The notes below the pieces were generated by a model. That model saw nothing but the letters and a program-made list of their open reading frames with translations. It was not told where the DNA came from and ran no database searches. The position numbers and the translations under genes are program-made. From the NCBI GenBank assembly GCA_963851265.1, contig CAWKNZ010000005.1, forward strand, positions 192,001 to 256,000: 64,000 bases of DNA, read 5' to 3'. Below, piece by piece: positions 57,333-64,000 of the stretch. Numbering within the stretch: the stretch's first letter is position 1; each line of letters starts with the position of its first letter. This DNA is from an uncultured Gemmatimonadales bacterium (lineage in GTDB: Bacteria > Gemmatimonadota > Gemmatimonadetes > Gemmatimonadales > Gemmatimonadaceae).

Positions 57333-58325
57333 ATGCACGCCGCGTTCTTCGACCGTCAGGGTCCCGCCCACGACGTACTGCGGGTGGGCGAGCTGCCCAC
57401 CCCCGAGCCGGGACCCGGCGAGGTGCGCGTGCGCGTGCAGGCGTCGGCGGTGAACCCGTCCGACACGAAAACGCGCGGCGGGTGGGGCGGCGCGCCGATG
57501 CCGTTCCCGCGCATCACGCCGCACCAGGACGGGGCCGGAATCCTCGACGCGGTGGGTGCGGGCGTGCCCGCATCGCGCGTGGGCGAGCGCGTGTGGGTGT
57601 ACGAGGCGCAACGCGGGCGTGCCGGCGGCACCGCGGCCGAGTTCACGGTGGTGCCCGCAAGTCAGGCCGTGCCGCTGCCCGACGGCATCGGGTTCGACGT
57701 CGGCGCGTGCCTGGGCGTCCCGGCGCTCACGGCGCACCGGTGCCTCTTTGCCGACGGCCCGGCGACCGGGCGCGCGGTGCTGGTGCAGGGCGGGGCGGGG
57801 GCGGTGGGACTCGCGGCGGTGCTGCTCGCGCGGTGGGCTGGCGCGCGCGTGCTGGCCACGGTGAGCCGCCCCGAGCAGGCGGCCGCCGCGGAGGCCGCGG
57901 GCGCGCACGTCGTCATCAACCGTCGCACCGAGGACGTCGCCGCCCGCGTGCGCAGCGCGACCGACGGGGCGGGCGTCGACCGGGTCGTCGAGGTCGACCT
58001 CGCGGCCAACCTCGAGCAGGACCTCGCGTGCCTCGCGCCGAACGGCGTGATCAGCGCCTACGCCAGCGCGGCGCCCGACGCGGCGGCCGCGCTCGTGGTC
58101 CGCCGCACGATGATGCTGAACGCGGTGGTCCGCACCGTGTTCGTGTACGGCATGGGCCCGCAGGCGCACGCCGACGCCGTGCGCGACGTGACCGCGTGTC
58201 TCGCGGCCGGCGCGTACCGCCCGCTGATCGGGCTCCGGCTCCCGCTCGAACGCGTGGCCGACGCGCACGACGCGCAGGACGCGGGGGCGACGGTCGGGAA
58301 GATCGTCCTCGAGATCGCGCGCTGA
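57333..58325 (+). CDS. qor: NADPH:quinone reductase (zeta-crystallin/MDR family)
   Basis: AVNPSD, PHQDGAG, GTAAE, VLVQGGAGAVG, GKIVL. Confidence 0.9.
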   Translation: MHAAFFDRQGPAHDVLRVGELPTPEPGPGEVRVRVQASAVNPSDTKTRGGWGGAPMPFPRITPHQDGAGILDAVGAGVPASRVGERVWVYEAQRGRAGGTAAEFTVVPASQAVPLPDGIGFDVGACLGVPALTAHRCLFADGPATGRAVLVQGGAGAVGLAAVLLARWAGARVLATVSRPEQAAAAEAAGAHVVINRRTEDVAARVRSATDGAGVDRVVEVDLAANLEQDLACLAPNGVISAYASAAPDAAAALVVRRTMMLNAVVRTVFVYGMGPQAHADAVRDVTACLAAGAYRPLIGLRLPLERVADAHDAQDAGATVGKIVLEIAR

Positions 58326-58413
58326 GTACGGCCGCGCGCGCCCGACCGGGTGCGGGCCGTCGGACGCCTGCCGGGGCACGCCGTATCTTACGGGTCGACA
58401 CCGTCCCGACTTC

Positions 58414-59700
58414 GTGCGCCTCGTCCACCTCGCCGACCTTCACCTCGGCTTCCGCCAGTACCAGCGCCTCACCCCGACCGGCGTCAACCAGCGGGAGGCG
58501 GACGTCGCGCGCACCTTCGCCCGCGCGATCGACCGCACCATCGAGCTGGCGCCGGACCTCGTGGTGGTCGCCGGCGACGTGTTTCACGTCGTGCGGCCGC
58601 CCAACCCCGCGATCCTGCACGCGTTCCGGCAGTTCATGCGCCTGCAGCTCGCGCTGCCTAACGCGACGGTCGTGATGGTCGCGGGCAACCACGACGCGCC
58701 GCGCACGGCCGAGACGGGCTCCATCCTGAAGCTGTTCACCGAGTGCGGCGTGCGCGTGGTGGATGGCGCGGCCGAGCGGATCGCGCTCCCCGCACTCGAC
58801 GCGAGCGTGCTCGCCGTGCCCGACGTGCCGGGGCACGTGCGCCCGGTGCTCGCGCCCGACCCGTCGGCGCGCCACAACGTGCTGCTGCTCCACGGCGAGG
58901 TCGAGGGCATGCTGCGCGGCGTCGCCTCCGCGGAGCGAGCCGCGACCGAGATCCCGCGCGCCGACCTGCGCGCCCCGGAGTGGGATTACATCGCGCTCGG
59001 CCACTATCACGTCTACCGCGAGGTCGAGCCGAACGCGTACTACTCGGGGTCGATCGACTACACGAGCTTCGACGCGTGGGGCGAGCGGCGCGACGAGCGC
59101 GACCAGGGCATCCCGGGCAAGGGGATCGTCGAGCGCGACCTCGCGACGGGGCGGCACACCTTCCACCCGCTCGAGCCCTCGCGCACGCTCGTCGACCTGC
59201 ACCCGGTCGCGGGTGCGGGGCTCGGCGCGCGCGAACTCGATGCGGCGGTCCGCGCGGCGGTCGACGGGGTGGCGGGCGGCATCGAAGACAAGATCGTGCG
59301 GCTCCGCGCGGTCGACGTGCCGCGCCACATCGCGCGGGAGATGGACCACAAGGCCCTGCGCGAGTACAAGCGGCGCGCGTTGCACTTCCAGTTCGAGACC
59401 GTGCGCCCCGACGTCGCGCGCGTCGCGGCCGGCGGCTCGCCCGGGCGCCGCCCGTCGCTCGCCGACGTGGTGCGCGAGAAGCTCGCCGCGCGGCTGCTGC
59501 CGGGCGAGGTTCCGCGCGACGCCTTCGTCGCGTTAGGCCTCAAGTACCTGGCCGACGCCGACGCGGCGGCCGCCGAGGCCCCCGCGGGCGCGATGGCCGG
59601 CGCGGGCGACGGCGACGGCGCGTTCGCGGCCGCCGCGTCCGTGGGCGGCACCCCCGTGGGCGGCACGCCCGCGGGCGGAACCGCCGGGGGCGTCGCGTGA
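58414..59700 (+). CDS. sbcD: SbcD/Mre11 family nuclease
   Basis: HLADLHLG, AGDVF, AGNHD, LHG, YIALGHYH, YSGS. Confidence 0.92.
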   Translation: MRLVHLADLHLGFRQYQRLTPTGVNQREADVARTFARAIDRTIELAPDLVVVAGDVFHVVRPPNPAILHAFRQFMRLQLALPNATVVMVAGNHDAPRTAETGSILKLFTECGVRVVDGAAERIALPALDASVLAVPDVPGHVRPVLAPDPSARHNVLLLHGEVEGMLRGVASAERAATEIPRADLRAPEWDYIALGHYHVYREVEPNAYYSGSIDYTSFDAWGERRDERDQGIPGKGIVERDLATGRHTFHPLEPSRTLVDLHPVAGAGLGARELDAAVRAAVDGVAGGIEDKIVRLRAVDVPRHIAREMDHKALREYKRRALHFQFETVRPDVARVAAGGSPGRRPSLADVVREKLAARLLPGEVPRDAFVALGLKYLADADAAAAEAPAGAMAGAGDGDGAFAAAASVGGTPVGGTPAGGTAGGVA

Positions 59701-62162
59701 AGCTGCGCGCGCTGCGCCTCGTCAACTTCCGGCAGCACGCGGACTCGTCGCTCACGTTCGGCGACGGGCTCACGGGGATCATCGGGCCCAACGGGTCGGG
59801 CAAGACCACCGTGCTCGAGGCGATCGCGTGGGCGCTCTACGGCCAGCAGGCCGCGCGCGGCACCCGCGACTCGCTGCGCTTCACCCGCGCGCCGGCGCGC
59901 GCGTCCGTGCGGGTCGAGCTGGAGTTCGAGCTCGCCGGGCACCGCTACCGCGTCGTGCGCGGCCTGACCAGCGCGGAGGTCTACCTCGACAACGCCCCGT
60001 CGCCGGTCGCCAACTCGATCACCGGCGTCACCGAGCTCCTGCAACGCCGGCTCGGGATGACGAAGGGTGAGTTCTTCAACACGTACTTCACGGGACAGAA
60101 GGAGCTCTCGGTGATGGCCGCGATGGGGCCCACCGAGCGCGCGCAGTTCCTGTCCCGCGTGTTGGGCTACGAACGGCTGCGCGCCGCGCAGCACCTCGTG
60201 CGCGAGCGCCGGAAACTCGTGGTCGCCGAGCTCCAGGGGCTGCGTTCCGGGCTCCCCGACCCCGACGCGGTGCGCGCGGCGCTCCGCGAGGCCGAGGCGC
60301 GCGTGGCGTCCGCCCGCGCGGGGGCCGAGGCGGCGGAGCGCGACCGCGTGCGGGCACAGGAGCGCCTCGCCACCGTGGTGCCGCGCTGGCAGGCGGTGCA
60401 GGAGGCGCGCGAGCGCGCGCTCGCCCTCGCCGGCGAGCTGCGGGTGGCCGAGGGCGAGGCGGCCACGCTCGGGCGCGAGGTCGAGCGGATCGCGCGCGAA
60501 CTCGACGCCGCCACCGCGGCCGGGGTGGAAGTCGAGCGCCTGGCGTCGATGCTCGCGCCGCTCCCGATCCTGCGGACCGAGCTCGCACGCCTCGACCAGC
60601 TCGCGGCGGCGGAGGGGCGGCGTCAGGCGCTGCTCGACTCCGAGCGCGCGCTCGCCGACGAGGCCGCGAAGCTGGCCGAGCGGCGCGCGAAGCTGGGCGC
60701 CGCGCCCGCGCTGGAGCGCGAGACCGAGGCGCAACTCGCCTCCCGCCGGCAGGAGCTGGACGCGGTGCAGGGCGAGCACGAGGCGCAGCGCACGGCGTAC
60801 GTGCGCGACCGGCAGGAGGCCGACACGAAGCTCGAATCGCTGCGCGCGCAGTTCGCCGACGCCAAGGCGCAGCGCGACCGCGTGCAGCAACTCGGCCCCG
60901 AGAGCCCGTGCCCTACGTGCACGCGTCCGTTGGGCGCGAGCTTCACGACCGTCCTCGACGCGCTCGACGACCAGCTCGACACGCTGAGCGCGAACGGGCA
61001 GTACTTCAAGAACCGCCTCAAGCAGCTCGAGGGCGAGCCCGAGGCGCTGCGCGCGTTAGGCGAGCGCCGCCGCGCGCTCGCGGCCGACGTGACCGCGCTG
61101 GAGCGCCGCTTCGCCAAGTGCCAGGCCGGCGTGCAGGAGCTGCGGCTGGTGGAGCAGGACGCCGCCGCGCGCGAGCGTCGGCTGGCGGGCGTGCGCGCCG
61201 ACCTCGCCGCGCTCCCCGCCGGGTACGACCACGCCGCGCACCGCGCGACGAAGGCCGAGACCGAGCGCCTCGTCCAGCTCGACCGCGAGCGCGTGCGCGC
61301 CGAGGCGACCGTCGCGCGCGCGGCCGAGGCGCGCGCCGCGCTGGAGCGCGCGACCGCCGCGCTCGCACAGACCCGCGAGCGCGTCGACGCGCTGCGCGCG
61401 CGCGCGGCCGCGACGTCGTTCGACGAGGGCGCGTTCGCGCGCGGGCGGAGCGAATACGACGAGGCCACGGCCGCGGCGCGCGGCGCCGAGGTCCGTGCGG
61501 CGCAGTCCGAGGGCGAGCTCGCCGCCGCGCGCGGCGCGCTCGAGAGCGCGGAGCGGCAGCGCGCCGAGTTGGAGCGCGGCCGCGAGCGGCTGCAGGCGCT
61601 GTCGCACGAGCGCCTGCTGCACGAGGAGCTCGACCGCGCGTACACCGACCTGCGCACCGACCTCAATTTCCAGCTGCGCCCCGAACTCTCGGACGCGGCC
61701 AGTCGCTTCCTGGAGGACCTCACCGACGGTCGTTACGACGCACTCGAGCTCGACGACCAGTACAACGTGATCGTGCTCGAGGGGAAGGTGCCCAAGCCCG
61801 TGATCTCGGGTGGCGAGGAGGACCTCGCGAATCTCGTACTGCGCCTCGCGATCTCGCAGATGATCGCGGAGCGCGCGGGACAGAGCTTCTCGCTGCTCGT
61901 GCTCGACGAGGTATTCGGGTCGCTCGACGAGTCGCGCCGGGCCAACGTGATCGAGCTGCTGCGGCGCCTGCACGACCGCTTCGAGCAGGTGATCGTGATC
62001 ACGCACATCGAGGACGTGCGCGAGGGGCTCGACCAGGTGATCCGCGTGCGCTACGACGAGGCGCGCGGTACCTCGGTAGTCGAGCAGGACGGGCGCGGTG
62101 AGGGCGACGACGTCGATTCCGCGCCGCCCGACGCCCGTCCGGCACTCGTCGCCGCGGCCTGA
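59697..62162 (+). CDS. sbcC: SbcC/Rad50 family SMC-like ATPase
   Basis: GTG at 59697 overlapping the sbcD stop; GPNGSGKT, coiled coil, CPTC zinc hook, ISGGE signature, LVLDEVFGSLD, VITH. Confidence 0.93.
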   Translation: MKLRALRLVNFRQHADSSLTFGDGLTGIIGPNGSGKTTVLEAIAWALYGQQAARGTRDSLRFTRAPARASVRVELEFELAGHRYRVVRGLTSAEVYLDNAPSPVANSITGVTELLQRRLGMTKGEFFNTYFTGQKELSVMAAMGPTERAQFLSRVLGYERLRAAQHLVRERRKLVVAELQGLRSGLPDPDAVRAALREAEARVASARAGAEAAERDRVRAQERLATVVPRWQAVQEARERALALAGELRVAEGEAATLGREVERIARELDAATAAGVEVERLASMLAPLPILRTELARLDQLAAAEGRRQALLDSERALADEAAKLAERRAKLGAAPALERETEAQLASRRQELDAVQGEHEAQRTAYVRDRQEADTKLESLRAQFADAKAQRDRVQQLGPESPCPTCTRPLGASFTTVLDALDDQLDTLSANGQYFKNRLKQLEGEPEALRALGERRRALAADVTALERRFAKCQAGVQELRLVEQDAAARERRLAGVRADLAALPAGYDHAAHRATKAETERLVQLDRERVRAEATVARAAEARAALERATAALAQTRERVDALRARAAATSFDEGAFARGRSEYDEATAAARGAEVRAAQSEGELAAARGALESAERQRAELERGRERLQALSHERLLHEELDRAYTDLRTDLNFQLRPELSDAASRFLEDLTDGRYDALELDDQYNVIVLEGKVPKPVISGGEEDLANLVLRLAISQMIAERAGQSFSLLVLDEVFGSLDESRRANVIELLRRLHDRFEQVIVITHIEDVREGLDQVIRVRYDEARGTSVVEQDGRGEGDDVDSAPPDARPALVAAA

Positions 62163-62189
62163 CCGCGTGACACCTCCGGTGCCGAGCCG

Positions 62190-63170
62190 ATGACCGGGCT
62201 GCGCCCGTGGCGCGCGTCGTCGCGCACCGCCGACGGCCCGTACCGCGCCACGGCGGCCGACATTCCGTCGCTGAACACCGCGTTCAGCGAGGCGTTCACG
62301 GACCGTTACCGCAAGGACGGTCTCGTGGGCGTGCGGGTGCCCGCGCTCAACCCGCTCATCTGGCGCTACGCGCTCGCCGACGCGGGCGAGGGCGCGGTCC
62401 TCTGGCGCGGCGACCGCGCCGAGGTGGTCGCGTTCAACGTCGCGCACCACTCGGGCGAGGAGGGGTGGATGGGGCCGCTCGCGGTCGCGCCGACGCACCA
62501 GGGGCGCGGGCTCGGCAAGGCGGTCGTCGGCGCGGGGGTCGAGTGGCTACGGTCGTGCGGCGCGCGCACGATCGGGCTCGAGACGATGCCGCGCACGATG
62601 GACAACATCGGCTTCTACTCGTCGCTGGGCTTCGTTCCCGGCCGCCTCACGCTCACGCTCACGCTCGACGCGGCCGCCGCGGCGCGCGCTCCCACGCTGC
62701 TGGGGCGGCTGCCGCAGGGCGCGCGCGAGGCTGCCGCGGCGGAGTGCGCGGCGCTCACGGCCGCGGTCGGGCCGGGGCGCGACTTCACGCGCGAGATGGC
62801 GCTCACCGAGGAGTTCGCGGTCGGCGACACGGTGCTCGCGTACGGGCCCGGGGGCGCGCTCGCGGGGTTCGCGCTCTGCCATTCTGCGCCCCTCGTCGAG
62901 GGGCGGGTGCGCGAGGAGGTGCGCGTGCTGAAACTCGTCATCGCCTCGCCGGACGCGCTGAGCGCGCTGGCCGAGGCGGTGTGCGACTTCGCGCGGCGGA
63001 GCGGCGCGCGGCGGGCGGCGTTCCGCGTGCAGGGCGAGTACACGTGGCTGTACCAGGCGCTCCTCGCGCGGGGGGCGCGGGTGCGGTGGAGTGATTTGCG
63101 GATGACGTTAGACGGGTATCCGGAGCCGGCGGTGGCGGAAGGGGCGGTGCTGTCGAACTGGGAGATTTAG
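62190..63170 (+). CDS. GNAT family N-acetyltransferase
   Basis: GPLAVAPTHQGRGLGKAVV acetyl-CoA motif, NIGFYSSLGF. Confidence 0.85.
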   Translation: MTGLRPWRASSRTADGPYRATAADIPSLNTAFSEAFTDRYRKDGLVGVRVPALNPLIWRYALADAGEGAVLWRGDRAEVVAFNVAHHSGEEGWMGPLAVAPTHQGRGLGKAVVGAGVEWLRSCGARTIGLETMPRTMDNIGFYSSLGFVPGRLTLTLTLDAAAAARAPTLLGRLPQGAREAAAAECAALTAAVGPGRDFTREMALTEEFAVGDTVLAYGPGGALAGFALCHSAPLVEGRVREEVRVLKLVIASPDALSALAEAVCDFARRSGARRAAFRVQGEYTWLYQALLARGARVRWSDLRMTLDGYPEPAVAEGAVLSNWEI

Positions 63171-63244
63171 GGGCGGTGGAAGGGTGGGGCGCGCGGCTGT
63201 CACGCGTGCCCGTGACGGGTCGGGGATCGGCGCTTCTTGAACGC

Positions 63245-63408
63245 CAGGCTGGCGATGAACGAGCCGGGAATAATACGGCCGGGGAGACGACGGCTCGGGA
63301 GGTACGACCGGGGGTTACGGACGGCCTGGCCGTCGCCCTTGCGAGCGTCATCGCCTCCGCTGTCGTATCCCCGGGCCGTCCCTCCTCGGCCCTACTCCCA
63401 CGCGCCTG
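63245..63408. ncRNA. Candidate structured ncRNA (long imperfect rod, 6S-like geometry)
   Basis: 63275-63294 pairs with 63359-63379, GGAGG/CCTCC inside, apical GACGGC/GCCGTC, outer CAGGC/GCCTG; no credible ORF. Confidence 0.35.
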
Positions 63409-63452
63409 ACCGACCGCCGCCGCCGTTAGGCAGCATCCGTCCCCCTCCGACC

Positions 63453-63611
63453 CTACGGCCTCCGCTCCGTCCCCCGCTGCACCACCCGGTAGATCAGCAC
63501 GAACACCCCGGCGGTGAGCAGCGCGTTCACCCACCCCGGCGCCGCGGTGCCCAACGTGAGCCCCGCCCAGACGACGAGGAGGGCGGCGGCGGCGAGGTAC
63601 CAGAGATCCAT
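63453..63611 (-). CDS. 52-aa two-helix small membrane protein (DUF5670/lmo0937-like)
   Basis: ATG 63611 to TAG 63453: MDLWYLAAAALLVVWAGLTLGTAAPGWVNALLTAGVFVLIYRVVQRGTERRP; GC3-rich; not in the ORF track. Confidence 0.7.
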   Translation of the reverse strand: MDLWYLAAAALLVVWAGLTLGTAAPGWVNALLTAGVFVLIYRVVQRGTERRP

Positions 63612-63770
63612 GGCGGTCGGGGCAGGGGGAACGCGCGACGCCGTTGGCGGCCCATCGTTGGCGGCGCGCTATGCACCCGCACAACTTAGTGGGGCGTCCT
63701 GAGCGCCGGCCGCGCGGCCCCACCGCGCGCCGGACCGTGCCCACCCGCCACGCCCATCGCCGGAGCCGTA

Positions 63771-64000
63771 ATGCCTCGCCCGTCCCTCTCCCTCCGCGCC
63801 GCGGCGCTCGCGATCGTCGCGACGGGGTGCGCCTCGACCGGCACCGCGCCCATCGAGTCCGCGGCCGCGACCACGCAGCAGACCGTGCGCGTCGACGGGG
63901 GCCCCACGACGTACCAGACGCAGCTCACGCGCAACGACCGGGCGACCGAGACCGACCTCGTCGTTCCGGCGGACCGCGCCTACGCGTTCCTCCCGCTCGT
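63771..64000 (+). CDS. Hypothetical lipoprotein, truncated at window end
   Basis: ATG 63771: MPRPSLSLRAAALAIVATGCASTGTAPIES...; lipobox ATGC; open to the end of the window. Confidence 0.7.
   Translation, partial: MPRPSLSLRAAALAIVATGCASTGTAPIESAAATTQQTVRVDGGPTTYQTQLTRNDRATETDLVVPADRAYAFLPL

Overview
Very GC-rich (roughly 73-75% by eye, not computed) bacterial chromosomal window of mostly housekeeping genes. The gene content and protein style suggest Gemmatimonadota (Gemmatirosa-like), which is an inference. In order: dnaK (truncated at the window edge), rhomboid protease, a collapsed DUF47/Pit phosphate-transporter relic, ppk1, a frameshifted SusC plus SusD pair, ppx-phoR-phoB-udk, add-punA, M48 protease, trmH-pilD-HExxH lipoprotein-DUF445, lon, ffh-rpsP-rimM-trmD-[S8 protease/ricin insert]-rplS-rnhB, an OmpA lipoprotein, an alpha-glucan/trehalose cluster (glgE treS mak glgX glgB malQ [serine hydrolase] treY glgP), a HerA-type ATPase, cls, qor, sbcD-sbcC, a GNAT and small ORFs. 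No rRNA, tRNA, CRISPR array, transposase or phage gene was seen. The strongest unexplained signal is the non-palindromic octamer CGTTAGGC/GCCTAACG. I counted 26 perfect copies by eye against about 2 expected from base composition. It occurs on both strands, in several reading frames and between genes, and it accounts for nearly every TTA codon I noticed. This suggests an uptake-sequence, Chi/KOPS or HIP-like chromosomal signal. Other notable items are the pit relic, a NurA-less HerA near sbcDC, a rod-like candidate ncRNA, an inverted REP pair and recurrent 15-bp micro-duplications.
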